Below are positions 1 through 13,000 of a DNA stretch of 64,000 nt, one piece after another. Each line of letters starts with the position of its first letter. Positions within the stretch are counted from its first letter, which is position 1. The stretch covers positions 1,024,389-1,088,388 of the forward strand of contig CM121343.1 of the NCBI GenBank assembly GCA_051530055.1, given 5' to 3'. The notes beneath the pieces were generated by a model. It ran no database searches and was not told the DNA's origin. It worked only from the letters and a program-made list of their open reading frames with translations. Source of the DNA: Neoechinorhynchus agilis (taxonomy: Eukaryota > Animalia > Acanthocephala). Made by a program: the position numbers and the translations under genes.

Positions 1-1330
1 GATAAACATATTTTATTAAATCGAGATATTCCGTTAGGAGGCGTCGTTAATGGTCTAAAAAGATTTTAGTTGTTTTGTATTGCGTTGCTCGGGTACGCGA
101 GATCGCTATTCGACTTCCCTGCGAAATATTTCAATAAAATGTGAACTTCAACTAGTCATTAAGAGAAAATCTTTCGGGCCGGATAAACATATTTTGTTAA
201 ATCGAGATATTTCGTTAGGAGGCTTCGTTAATCGTCTAAAAAGATTTTAGTTGTTTTGCGTGGCTAGAGTACGCGAGATCGCTATTCGACTTCCCTGCGA
301 AATATTTCAATAAAATGTGAACTTCAACTAGTCATTAAGAGAAAATCTTTCGGGCCGGATAAACATATTTTATTAAATCGAGATATTCCGCTAGGACGCG
401 TCGTTAATGGTCTAAAAAGATTTTAGTTGTTTTGTTTTGTGTGGCTTGTGTACGGGAGATCGCTATTTGACTTCCTCGCGAAGTATTTCAATAAAATGCG
501 TACTTCAAGCAATAAATAAGAGAAAATCCTTCGGGCCGGATAAAACATATTTTACTAGATCGGGATATTCCGTTAGGAGGCGTCGTTAATGGTCGAAAAA
601 GATTTTAGTTGTTTTGTATTGCTTGGCTCGGGTACGCGAGTTCGCCATTCGACTTCCTCGCGAAATATTTCAATTAAATATAGACTTCAACTAGTCATTG
701 AGAGAAAATCTTTCGGGCCGGATAAACATATTTTATTAAATCGAGATATTTCGTTAAGAGGCGTCGTTAATGGTCGAAAAAGATTTTAGTTGTTTTGTAT
801 TGCGTTGTTCGGGTACGCGAGATCGCTATTCGACTTCCTTGTGAAATATTTTAATAAAATGTGAACTTCAACTAGCAATTAAGAGAAAATCTTTCGGCCC
901 GGATAAACATATTTTATTAAATCGAGATATTTCGTAAAGCGTCGTTAATGGTCGAAAAATACTAGTTATTTTGTATTGCTTGGCTCAGAGACGCGAGATC
1001 GCTTTTCGACTTCCTCGCGAAATATTTCAATTAAATGTGGACTTCAACTAGTCATTTAGAGAAAATCTTTCGGGCGGGATAAAACATATTTTATTAAATG
1101 GAGATATTTCGTTAGGAGGCGCCGTTAATGCTGATAAAAGATTTTAGTTGTATTGTATTGCGTTGCTCGTGTACGGGAGATCGCTATTCAACTTCCTCGC
1201 GAAATATTTCAAGAAAATATGTACTTCAAGTAATCATCAACAGAAAATCCTTCGGGCCGAATAAAAATACTTTATTGAATCTAAATATTTCGCGAGACGG
1301 CGTCGTCAACCGTCTAAAAAGATTTTAGTT
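1..1330. repeat. ~177-181-bp tandem satellite, about 7.4 diverged copies, running off the left edge
   Basis: The motif gataaacatattttattaaatcgagatat recurs near 1, 182, 358, 540, 721, 902, 1078 and 1259. Each monomer contains an imperfect internal inverted repeat (gagatatttcgttaggagg vs cttcctcgcgaaatatttc). Confidence 0.95.
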
Positions 1331-1676
1331 CTATTGTGAGGCTCGGGTACTCGCTACTGCTCGTATCGTTGTATTTGCCCATTTATAATATGGACGTCAT
1401 GAACCACGACGAGTGTTGGCACTTTTTAGTAAGAACGCCGAGAAACGCTTTATTTGGACTTTCAGTCTTGGTATGTTCAATATTTTTCGAAAATTCGGAA
1501 GTTCATGGCATGCGTTATTAAACACGTATTTCTGAACTATGCGATCATTGAGAAGGATATTTGTCGACAAGAAGCATTGACCGCTCATCGTTTTTTTATA
1601 GCCACCACAAATTATGTTGAGGCTTTCGATGTCGAAATTCCGTCACAATAAATGGGACCTTATTATTTAACTAAAG

Positions 1677-4600
1677 TTAAAAACCGTGCGGCTTGCAGTG
1701 GGGGTTTAGTGGCTGTTCCTGCGTCCTAACAACAGTGGATTGAGTTGGGCATTCTGATGTGGAGTTTAAATTCTTGTTATTCAACACGGATTTCCCGGTT
1801 GTGTTCATGTTGTCCGCTGTTTGGTTGACAGGAAATCTTTGGCAAGTATGTGCCATTCCAAATCGTGGGTCTTCGCCTGTGATGTTCGGTACCGGATTAT
1901 GGTCGTCGTCGTACATAGCAGGCCTGTGGACAGTGTTACACTGAGGCGGAAACGGTGCTCCATACGGCAAATGCTGTTGTAGCCATATAGCCTGCTGGCA
2001 TCGATTGTTGGATCCTACCTCGACAAAATATTGATGTTGTTGCCGCATAGCCAAATGATTTTGCTGAACGCGTTGCCAATCCTTTCCTCCTTTTTTAAAC
2101 CCAACAACCGTTTGACGCATTTGTTGCTGTGGGTGTATCTGAGACGGGGTTTGAGGGGATTGCTGTTCTGAGTCGTCATCGTCCCTTTCGGCTTCACGAT
2201 CAGGCGACATTAATGATCCGCACGTTATTGTCCCAGGAGTAGTAGCCGTCCTATTCATCATCATGAGCATCCTTCTCTTGTCCATTTGATCACTCTTGTT
2301 ACGGTGTTGTTGAATGATGGACTTTACGAGTGGGCAGAACGGGAATTGGCAATCGACATCGCGGCAGACTCGAGCGTGGATGCTCGCTAAAGCGTACAGT
2401 TTATGGCACAGGGCGCATTCACCACGTGGAACGTTTGGATAATTGTTGAGACGGCATACTTGTACGTGCTCTAGGCTGGACTTCATTGATCTACAAGCGC
2501 CAACCCGGCAGTTGGCATTGCGACAGTCCATAGCATGCACCATTGAATCTACGTATCCTTGTGCTAGTCTCTTCTTTAGTTCGTTGTTATCCTTGGTAGC
2601 CCGTTCAACCGCCGGCTCAGCACTCAAATCTACTTGCTCGCCCTTGATTATTCCGTCCTCATCCTGCTCGACGCCTACTTTTGTCAATCGTGTGGCTATG
2701 TTCTCCATCTTCATCTCGTGCTCATGCCCGTTCGTTCTGTAACAACTCGGACATAGATCGTAATCATCGCATACAGTGCAATGATATCGATTGCCAAGTG
2801 CGCGAGAGCACAGATCGCAAGTGTAACAAAAATCGTCGTTGTCACAAAGACCGTGAGTGTGGAGCTCAAAAAGAAATGCCATGGTAGTGTATTTGCTTCG
2901 ACGCAAACTACTATATTCAAAATTACGTTCGCGGCAGAAATTCAGGAAACAGTCTCGACCGTTCATCATATCGCAGTGCACCAGTGGATCTGGATCCAGG
3001 ACGCCTTTCCTATTATCCGGCGGCTCATTTAGTTTGATGATAAAAAACACGTCCTTATGCTTCTCCATCAACATCACCACCTTTTCAGTGAGCTCATCCT
3101 TACACTCAAAATATTTGTGGCATTTTTTAGCAATTTGCTTTTGCTTTCCTGATTTATAGGCTACTCCCTTTCTTCGTTTCCCGCTTTGTACCAGTTTTGC
3201 GCTCTGTAATGACTGCACCGCATCTTCCTCTTCGCCGCACTTCGCTGGTCGCTGCACCCCTCCTCGGCTTAGTATTGCCCTCAGTTCGTCCTCAATCGCC
3301 GTTGCAAAGAAATCACCATCAAAATACGGAAGTTCTGTGACCTTGGTTCCACCTCTTGCAACCATATCAGAAATAATATCTCTCACTTCCAGAACGACAT
3401 TCTCAATTTTTGCCTTCTCCAACATTACTCGGTACCAGTTAGCCAAGCGTTTTTGTTCGGGCACCTTTTGGTCTTTTGGGTGATAGTAGAAAATGTAATC
3501 ATCACCTCTAGATGGTGGGCACGCCCAAATGTGAGCAAACTCAAATCCAAGGGACTTTGCGTAAGCAAGATATGAAATAATTACTCGATGATAAATATCG
3601 GTTTTAATATTGTACGGCTGGAAATAGTAGACGGAATCGAGGTAGCTGATGTAAACCCGATTTGTATTAGGTTGTGGGCAATCGCTTCCATACTCATGAA
3701 CGTGCATTGCAAAGAATGCAACGTCGAATCCATCGATTTCTTCAAACACAAAAACTGCTTTGGCTCTATAGGGATATCCGCTTGGCGGAACTTCTTCGGG
3801 ATAATACATCTTCATGCGTTCCTTTACCTCGAACACTTTGTCGTAGCTTGAAAGAACACGAACATGTACTCGTCCGATTAATTCATTTAAAGATTTTTCA
3901 GCCAGAAGACTGTTTATGTCGCTTTCAAGCCGCTTGCTTAACAGGTTTTGCGGAAGTCGAGCCGCCGTGAACCTATTCGTTCTAGCGTTCATGTCCAGTA
4001 GCCGTCGACAATGCGAGCACACGAACGGAGCTCCCTTATCCATCGCCTCGTAGTACAGCTCGCATATTTGGTGATATTTTCGACGACAAGAACTGCAGAC
4101 TGCGGTCGGTTCCTCCTCGCGGACATTGTTCCTCAGCTGTACAAATTCACTCTTGGTTAAAATAACCCGTGCTTCATTAGTATCGTCTCCTATTTCCACC
4201 GTATCTCCTTTTATCGACTCGAAACACTTTGTGCAGATTGTATATCGACTCCCCTTTAAATTCGGTCGTGGGGTTTCGTTAGTGTAACAGTAGTAGGCCT
4301 GAAATCGCTTGATCTGCGGACATAGGCGACCTCCGTAACAGTAGAGAGTCTGTGGAGCAAAATCAGGCTTGCAACCACAGCATAATCCAATATCCAGGGC
4401 AACTTCTGGAATGATTAATTCATAAAATTCCTTGAGTCGAGCGCACATCTTATGAACTTTCGTTTGCTTCTTATTATATGTAAAAGCATTCGTAAACATA
4501 AGATATATATCATCCACAAATCGCGACGGATGAGCTCCATAGGCACCTTGTTCAAGCTTAGACCTGATAGTCGACAGATCCATGGGATGTTTAATGATGC

Positions 4601-5914
4601 TGAAGTAGTCCGGAATCGCCAATGCAACCGGATCGACAGGTTGTAAAAATGGACCAGCGTTTTCATTCGCAGAGAGGCGGTCTAAAATATCCGTTAGTCT
4701 TTCACGCATTAAATCCGGATCGACATCGACAATTTTACTGGCACCTCCAGTTGTAGAATGCGCTAAACTTCGATCAACATTCGAGCACTGGCCTGGATTT
4801 GGTGTTGTTTGACTTAATTCGAAATCGTTCAATGGCTCCTCGTGATCCTTACCGCGTTCCTTATCCTTGCAACATAGATTCTCACTAATGGATTCATCTA
4901 ACGCAGACATATTCGATGAGACGTTTCCCACGGATATGGCATTAGCGGTTGCTATTGAAGAAGATGGGCAGCCTATTGGCGCTATTGTGTTCGGCGGGCC
5001 TTGCTCGCCGGCACTACTATCCGGATCGTAAGGCAACCGTCGATGATTTTTTGTCATCAGAGGTAAGGTCCACCGACATGAATCGTCCAGACTTTGTGAA
5101 GAATGATGGCTTTGATTGAGTATCGCCGATGGAGAACCTACAATCCTAGCAATCTTATCCTTGATAAAACTAAACTTTTCAAAGAGAGAACTGAAATAAT
5201 GCTCTTGCGAAACGGCGCACTTTTCGAACAATTGTTCTTCGATCTGTTGGAAATAGCAACGAACCTCGTCCACGAAACGCGATTCAACGTCCATTTTGGA
5301 CACCAATGCGTTCACGACCTCCTCTCTAAACTCGGCAGTCATCGGTGCTTTCCATTCCTGTAAGGGATCAAGATTTATAACTCGCTGGCAAAGTTTACAT
5401 TGGTCCTGATGAGAGCATTTGCAGAAATGATCGCAAACGTTCTTTGCATATCCGCACATTGGCGAGCACGATTCGTTATTGCAAGCAAGGATATGTCGCA
5501 GAATATTGCCTGATTTACAGCATTGGGTAATGCGACATTCCATTGAGATATCGATTCCGAATCTCTTGGCTTCCGAGGTCAACTGACCGCACCGCTGTGC
5601 GTGGATCAGAGACGAAAGCATATTCACGTAAGCCGTTATTTGCTCATTAGAAGCTTCATTGGGATCCACAAAGGGATCCGAATTCGATCCACCACCGTAT
5701 TGCTCGACTGGTGGAGTTTGCTGCTGCTGCTGCTGCTGCTGTTGTTGTTGTTGTTGTTGTTGTTGCGATGCATTACTGTTAAGTGTAGTTGAGGCCAGCG
5801 ACCCGTTTATGTTTGAATCACACGACTCCATTTGTCTGAAACAGGAAAATGACGACAAGAACTCCCGTCTATCAAAAACCAAGAACGTCCTCACGCCGTC
5901 ACTTGTAGGCCCAT
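1677..5914 (-). CDS. CREBBP: CBP/p300-family histone acetyltransferase (TAZ1, divergent KIX, bromodomain, RING/PHD, HAT, ZZ, TAZ2)
   Basis: The 1421-codon ORF contains TAZ1 (LIHAQRC...HILACNNESC), a KIX-like helix bundle (EWKAPMTAEFREEVVNAL...EEQLFEK...EHYFSSLFEKF), a bromodomain (PDYFSIIKHPMDLSTI...NAFTYN), HAT motifs (VYISYLDSV, HIWACPP, GDDYIF, PYFDGDF), ZZ (YHCTVCDDYDLC) and TAZ2 (HAMDCRNANC). The tracked start at 5942 is a GTG. A more likely start is ATG 5914 (MGLQVT), then a 59-nt GTGAGG...TTTCAG intron (5894-5836) that splices in frame to the main exon. Confidence 0.95.
5718..5765 (-). repeat. (CAA)/(CAG) trinucleotide tract encoding a 16-Gln polyQ in the CBP N-terminus
   Basis: Plus strand reads ttg(ctg)7(ttg)8, in frame with the CBP ORF. 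Confidence 0.95.
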
Positions 5915-6006
5915 TGGGTAAACTATGCAATGTTTGTTGCACACATCGGTCACATGTTCAAAAAAACCACCTACGTGTACTCGATTCGTCTATTTTGTTG
6001 GCTCGA

Positions 6007-6014
6007 TGACGTCA
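6007..6014. promoter_or_regulatory. Palindromic cAMP-response element TGACGTCA upstream of the CBP gene, with an ETS-like GGAAGT (minus strand, 6022-6027) nearby
   Basis: Exact motif about 95 bp upstream of the inferred ATG at 5914. The same 8-mer also occurs elsewhere in the window (near 8107, 58522, 61319), so only its position is suggestive. Confidence 0.3.
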
Positions 6015-6246
6015 CAATGTAACTTCCTCCTTTCCAACACAGCTCATTTTTAATCAATAAATCCCGGTGGACATTCACATTCAATAGAACAATTTAATCC
6101 AGTAGAACTATTCCGAAAGAACGCCTGGCGTAGACGCCAATCGCCTGTCTTTTCCTGAATGATGACGTTGGAAGCGTGACGAAGGTCCCGGAACCTCAGA
6201 AATTGAATTGAAAGATGACGGCATTCATTAATTTGCAGTGACTGTA

Positions 6247-6856
6247 CCGTCGCCAGGGAATTTTTATCTGAGTGGTCGGAGGGATGTACACACCTGCAAG
6301 GGCGCAAACCAACGCAACCCGGACAGAAATCTATGGGGCTGTGGACCCAAATTCAGCCGTGTATAGTTAACTTCATTTACACTTAAAAAGATGTATCCGA
6401 CTAAGTTCAACAGACGCTAAATAAAAACCTAAGCTGATCTCAGGAAAAGTGGCGAATTTAATTACATTCCATAGTAGTGTTGAGGTTCTCTACAGGACTA
6501 AAGTTCCCATTCCCTCACTGATGAGTCCCGTCGCCAGGGAATTTTTATCTGAGTGGTCGGAGGGATGTACACACCTGCAAGGGCGCAAACCAACGCAACC
6601 CGGACAGAAATCTATGGGGCTGTGGACCCAAATTCAGCCGTGTATAGTTAACTTCATTTACACTTAAAAAGATGTATCCGACTAAGTTCAACAGACGCTA
6701 AATAAAAACCTAAGCTGATCTCAGGAAAAGTGGCGAATTTAATTACATTCCATAGTAGTGTTGAGGTTCTCTACAGGACTAAAGTTCCCATTCCCTCACT
6801 GATGAGTCCCGTCGCCAGGGAATTTTATCTGAGTGGTCGGAGGGATGTACACACCC
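6247..6856. repeat. 281-bp tandem duplication (about 2.2 copies) of an unclassified dispersed repeat
   Basis: ccgtcgccagggaattttt starts at 6247, 6528 and 6809. The copies are near-identical, and a further partial copy lies at 14283-14486. Confidence 0.9.
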
Positions 6857-6954
6857 GTAAGGGTGCAGACCAACGCTTTCCTAACATGCCGAAGCCGTGG
6901 AGAATACAACAAGTTTTTAAATTTTAATAACTGAAATAAATGTGTTTATTTATG

Positions 6955-8345
6955 GCGGAAAATCCTCAAGAGGATCCCTAAAGGTGCCCGCTTCGAAGTC
7001 GCCACGGCCTATGCGGAGAAACTATCGCAGGCTACTGAGTGTGACTCCGACCTACCATGGATACCTTCGCGTTCCCGCGTTTGGTAATAAGTGTGGACGA
7101 CTTCACACCCGACGAAAATCTCACCACATCGATTAAAAAACGTATCATGAACTTCAAAAACATCTTTGACGATCTTTTGAAAAGAGCTCGAAAACCTTCA
7201 GCTGGCTCAGTCGCGTTTAAGCTTGGTAAACCTCGTTCAACGGGTTCTCGGGTATCTACTGAGTTAAATGATGGAGACATCCGAGGGGCTGTACGCAAGA
7301 AGCACCCTGCGCCTACAACAGCAGCGGATGCACCCTGCGCCAACAACTATCACCCGCCCTTACTACCGATCCTATTGTTCCTATTACCGACGAGGAGCTG
7401 AATCGTGGGATATTTTCTTTTGCCAACGGTTCAGGACACGGCGTCGATGGTTTACGTCCTCAACGCCTAAAAGATATGGTATCCTTCACTTCAGCTTGGA
7501 GTGGCATCTCAGTCCAACTAGCCTTTTTTTAACTTGTAAATGTATTCAATCAATCTTCATTTCTCGACAATTTACACACTCACCACCTCCCGCCGAATTC
7601 CAGCTTTTGTCCTTCCTCGACCGTCGCCATCACGCTGGCAGCATTGCCCCGTTGTACTGCTCGATTGCTTGCTTAATCAAAATCTACGATCGTTTCCTAC
7701 TCAGCTTCTATACTCCGCCTTCCCTTTACGCCCTAACGAAAAGAGAGGGTGGCCCCCGTCTGATCGCTGTTTTCAATACACTCAGGTGTTTAGTGGCCAA
7801 AATCGTTTCGAAAAGGGTTTTTTCGACTGTTGGATGCCTACTCCGCCCAGCGCAACTCGGCTGTTGCTCTCCTTGTGGAGCCGAAGCAATCGTTCACGCC
7901 TTAAGGAACTTCGTTGAAACGTCGACGGATCGATGCGCAGTTTTGAAGGTGGACTTCAAAAATGCTTTCAGTTCTCTGGAACGGAATGTCCTACTTGACG
8001 AGGGCCTACGGCGCCCCGTCACCCACTGATTTATAATCGGAGCATTATCTGGTCCCAACGCGGCCTTTAGGCCCGATGGGCTTCGCCATTGCAATCAATC
8101 CATTGGTGACGTCACTAAAATCGAACTTCAACGCGTGGTACCTGGACGACAGCACCCTGGGAGGCGACCCTCTCTGTCAGTTCTGGGTGATCTTAACCGC
8201 ATCATCGAGATCAGCTCCAAGATAGGCCTCAAGTAGAACAGCTCAAAGTGTGAATTGCTACTCCTGAACACGGACGAAACAGAAAGCTCGCAGGTACACG
8301 AGCAATTCAAGAATGTCGCTCCGGGCATCAAACAAATCAAATCTC
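6955..8345 (+). mobile_element. Degenerate CRE-clade (RLE-type) non-LTR retrotransposon: pre-RT region and RT
   Basis: Frameshifted motifs ILKRIPKGAR (from 6962), DGDIRGAVR, GAEAIVHALR, LKVDFKNAFS, VQRG-PLGPMGFAIAI and FNAWYLDD (YLDD at 8139-8150). These are typical of CRE/SLACS-like elements. Confidence 0.85.
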
Positions 8346-9830
8346 ATTGAAGGTCGGTAACATGTAAGCGTGTGCTGCTAAGTATTGGCAAAGCGTAATC
8401 CGGAAATCCCCACATAATCGGATTTTACCATCTGATTTCGCAATCGCGACAATCGGCGTTGCCCATTCAATACTTTCTTTCATCGGATCTACCCCCTTCA
8501 GAATTCCTTCGCTCAGCAACTTATCGATTTCCTCTTGGCGATATCTCTAATACCGTAAGGTATTATGCGACTTCCGTATATTTTAGGTATAGCTTCTTCC
8601 TTTAGGATCAGAGAAGCTGTAAATCCCCGTATTGTCCCTGATTTGCCCCATGAATTTCCTCCTATACACTTCTTGCACCTGTCTCCCAAACTCCCAACAT
8701 ACGACACATCTTTCATGGGAGCCACATCGTCTGGGAAATTCAGAATCATCGCTTGAATCCACGGTAGCCCACATAGCGGTTTATCTCTTTCTGCGACCAC
8801 CGTTGCTTCCAGGCACTTCTGCACATTTCTCTTGACATACCGCACATTCAACCAGCATTCTCATTTGACGCTTAACTCCTTACCCCCATTCGCCTTGATC
8901 ATTTTCGCCGGGTGAAGTTTGGTCTTCCAATCGTATTCCAGATATCTTCTGGCAGCACCGTGACCGAGGCACCTGTATCGAATTCCATGTGCAATTCGTG
9001 TCCTCACCGATCGGACACTTTCAATCACCCTGTCCTCCGAAACCTCAACCATATTTGCTCTTCTTCGATTGCGACGCACGACTCCGAAATGTCCTTTTTC
9101 ATGACAGCGGAAACATTCTCTATTTAAAGATGGGCACAAATTCATTCTTAGGTGCCAATTTCCACCACATCTTCCACACTTCGTCCTCTTTATACGATCC
9201 ACTTGTTCGGGAAATGCACGCTTCTGAAAACCCAGGCTTATTTCGGCATCTTTTGTCGACTCCACGATTTGAACAATCCTCATTACATCCTCAAACGTCG
9301 GATTTTGCTTTTGCAACGCAGCTCGTCGTACCTCTTCATGCGGTACATACCAAATAACGTGATCACGAATTCGCTGCTCAATCGCCTCTTCTTCATTTGT
9401 GATCGATTTCTCAAAAAAATCCCACTCTCGAGCCAATCCTTTGAGTTCCGTAATGCATTCGGTGTATCGAGTGCCCTATGTCATCCTACAACTATTGAAA
9501 AGAAAACGTGCTTGTGCAATGGGTTTCTTAAGCACGTAGAAGGCGCCCAGAATTTTTATAATGCCTTCGAATGTCACCGTATCCAGCTCCGCTGATTTTC
9601 AAACGATAGACATCATCTCAGGACTCATCCATGCAATGAAAAACGACCGTTTCCTTGCATCCGATGATACATTATACGCCTCAAAATGGCATTTCAATTG
9701 AGCTTTGTGCGCTCCCCATGCTTGCGCCAATCTATCGTAGGCCCGGAAAACTGGAACTCCCCTTTCACTTTCACTTCCAGCACCATCCTTTGGTTTCTGA
9801 TTCATCGAGATCCTGTTCGCAGCGCCAATT
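8337..9830 (-). mobile_element. Degenerate Ty3/gypsy LTR-retrotransposon fragment (gag, Zn knuckles, protease, start of RT)
   Basis: Gag-like HFEAYNVSSDARKRSFFIAW; CGRCGG...CFRCHEKGH; protease EFDTGAS near 8966-8990; RT start WATPIVAIAKSDGKIRLCGDFR. Multiple frameshifts; no LTR identified. Confidence 0.9.
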
Positions 9831-10049
9831 GTTATGTTTTTTAATATACCCTCGGAAACTCTCTAACACACCACATTATGTTTGCAAATTGATTCCGATG
9901 TTACGCAAAGGTTCCGTTAAAACGAACCAAGAAATCTTAAGCAAACACAAACTTGCTCAGAAGTCGGAATGTTAAATCGTATTTTCAAAACAATTGGTCA
10001 AGAATCTTGCCCGTTTTCCATTCAAGGCAAAAAATGTCCTTTGTCTTTG

Positions 10050-13000
10050 CAACATTTTAAGATATAAAGATGGTTAAAATAGAAGATATGCCACAATGCA
10101 AAATAATTCAAGAATATTTTGGGACGAAGTGTAATGGAGATTCAAAAGTTCTTCGCATTTTTGCCAAAAAGAAATTCATCGGGGGGATTATCGAAAACGG
10201 AGGAATTTCATAAATCCGAGAAATTAAAGAAGATGCATAAACTTTAATTGTTTAACCGTTTCAGAGGTGATTTTACGTATTCGGAATTTTTGCTGATAAG
10301 AATTTTACTTTTGATTCACGGTTTATTTATTCTCGAATAACAACAATGTGCTGAAGTTTACTAAAATTCAAATGTCCCTTTTTAGTCCGTTTGTTAAACA
10401 CACGCGATTCGGAGAAACCATCGAACTGTGTAGATACTTTTTAAAGCATTTTCTCTTGAAATCAACAGAGCCTTCAGTGATAAAAATCTAAAATATATAA
10501 ATAAACGCTTATTATTCCGAATCATCTATCTAACTCATCCCTTTCGTTTTGCGATTTGCTCTCTTTTCATGAAGAAATTGCGTTCATAAATTCGTTTTAA
10601 ATACGGCATTAAAACTTTAAGAAAGTTCATTATTTCTAAGTTGCGTTCTTAAAATGCCAACGACGGTTTACTTTTTAAAAGTGTTTCCTAGGTAACCGAT
10701 CTTAGTTTTGAAAATTACTACGATAAAATTCTGACAATGGTCAATTTGGCTAAAATGAAGATTGCTGAAAAAAGCAAGAATCTCTCTGGATTTGTACACA
10801 GAAAACAAATAAATTTGGAGGATGAGAAATATTTGACCAAATTGATTCTGGACGACAAGGGTAATTGATTGTTTATTAAAAATGAACATAAAAGTTGTTA
10901 TCGTCTATAGAAATCGAGTTGAGTAGAGCCGAAAAGAAAAGCGAGTTAACAAAGGAAAAATTGATTAGCGGAAATGCCATAATCGAAAAGAAGAATGCCA
11001 TTTATAAAGATTGTGTTCCATTTTTCGGATTAAAAAGCGTAAGTGAAATCACGCGATAGAATGATGCGTTGAATTTAAAATGATTTGTAGGCCGAAGACA
11101 TTGCTATCCTTTTAAGTGATTTGGATATGAAACATATAAAACCAATATCCGGATATGAGGTAAACATTTTTAGATCTAAATTTTAATAACATGAATAAAA
11201 TGTTCAAGAAATTGTTTTTGGTGAGTCGTATTTTAATGCCTAGTTCCGATTTTTTTCCACGAATTTGAAGTTTACAGAAGATGAACTTTTAAAGAATCTT
11301 GTGGATATGAAAATATAGTACCTCGCTTTCAAATTGCAAATGAAATAGACGTTGCACGTCTAGTGCACTAATTAGATTATTTTACACGGCTTTCAGGGAC
11401 CTAAAATTCGTGGAATTCCATAAGAATGTAAATACTTAAGAAATGGAATCCGACGATTAAATAATTTGGAGATGAGAATCATTTTATATTAAAAACGTCC
11501 CTGATTAAAAAGTAGCATTAGTAACTCGAGTTCTGATAAACCATTAGTTCTTTTGAACTTTCACAAACATATCACAATTTGCATATAGAAAGTCCTCAAT
11601 TTGCTGAACAGTACATTTGCGGATCAAGTACAGAAATTAACAAGACTAAGATCTAGAACTAAAGAATTAAAACATTGCATTGTTGAAACGAAGAAAGATT
11701 CGCAGCTCGTCCGAAACATTCAGAATAACGTCCGCGGCGAGAATACTTTTCCAAGAAGGCATAGGCGTCGTGGTAGAAAAAACGGGCGGTACCAATTATC
11801 ACGTGGATCCCGATGTCAATTTATAAGTAACGCCGTTAACTTCACGGAAAGATTGAAAAGTGTCATTGAATCGGTGAGTAGAAGTTCTCAGTTTTAGTGT
11901 AGTTTTCACTCTTCGTTAAACAATCAGGCGACATCTTATTTAATGAGTGAGATTTCAGCAAGGGAGGAGATTTTAAGTGAAGAAGATTCAATGCAAGAAG
12001 AGAAAGAGATGTCTGACCTTATAAATTACAATTCAAGATTATGGGAAGAGTACACAAAATTGAAATCAGATTTTGAAAAGCGTTTGATAGAAACGACGAA
12101 CGCCGTAACGGTCAACGAACAAAATGATAAACAACTGAAAATTGCTGAAGACTTGGCCAATAGAGATGTGACCGCAAGAATGAGATTTGTAGCCAATCAC
12201 AAAATTAATAACTTTGAAGCAAAACGTAAGAGTGGATGATATGCGGCAATTGCTTATTTTAATCGGGAAATGTTTAGACGAACGTCCAACAAAATCATTG
12301 ACACAGCAAATACTTAGCCATGAAATGAGCTTACTTTTGGCCCATAATGGCATCGAACCGGATCTTGAGGTAAATATCTCCTTAGCAAAATTAAAATTGT
12401 TAGATTTCCGATGAGTCCCTCTAAGAGAATATGTGGTACCGATTTATTGCAAACGGATAATTAATGTGTAGAGCAAAAGACCTTTGACTTGCGTTTTTAG
12501 TTTAATCCCCGGCGCTCTCATGTACACCAAAACCTCTATCGTATAGTTCTCACCAAATAAATTGTTGCAAAAGTTGGATAAGACACAGGAAAACCGAGCG
12601 TTACTTCGCCAGTTTCTATCAAAAGACAGAATAGAAACCGAATTAAACGTTCAACAAAGAAGATATGAAGACAACGGCAAGAATGCGACATGTGAATGTT
12701 TTGAGCAACTTAGGAACATGTAAGACTTTTTTTAAACAATACTCTACTCATTTTGGTTGTTTTACTGTCCAGTGTGGCAGATAAGGTGCTAGAAAATGAG
12801 AGAAAAACCGAAGAGCGAATAAATGCAATGGACCATATAAATATAGAACAGTGTGTCAAATATTTTGTGGACATACTGATGATGAACATTAAAAAAACAT
12901 TGGTTCGAGCTGGCCTCGAAGACGATTCGGTGAGTGCAAGCGAAGGGAGAGTGCTGCTCGGCGGTAACTTTGCGGGCTTTTAGGCGAAATCCCCAAAGAG

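Noticed and set aside
5915-5942. CBP start at 5942 as given in the ORF track
   Set aside because: The codon is GTG. A spliced ATG at 5914 or the ATG at 5831 fits eukaryotic rules better.
5601-6009. Poly-Leu and poly-Cys ORFs
   Set aside because: They are antisense readings of the CBP polyQ tract.
6450-6560. Spliced-leader RNA gene (tttaattac...ttgag|gt resembles nematode SL1; aatttttat resembles an Sm site)
   Set aside because: The resemblance is limited to two short words, the spacing is wrong, and I could not build the SL stem-loops. It needs transcript 5'-end data.
6515-6620. Complete hammerhead in the 281-bp repeat
   Set aside because: No GAAA follows stem II, and no stem I or III partner can be found.
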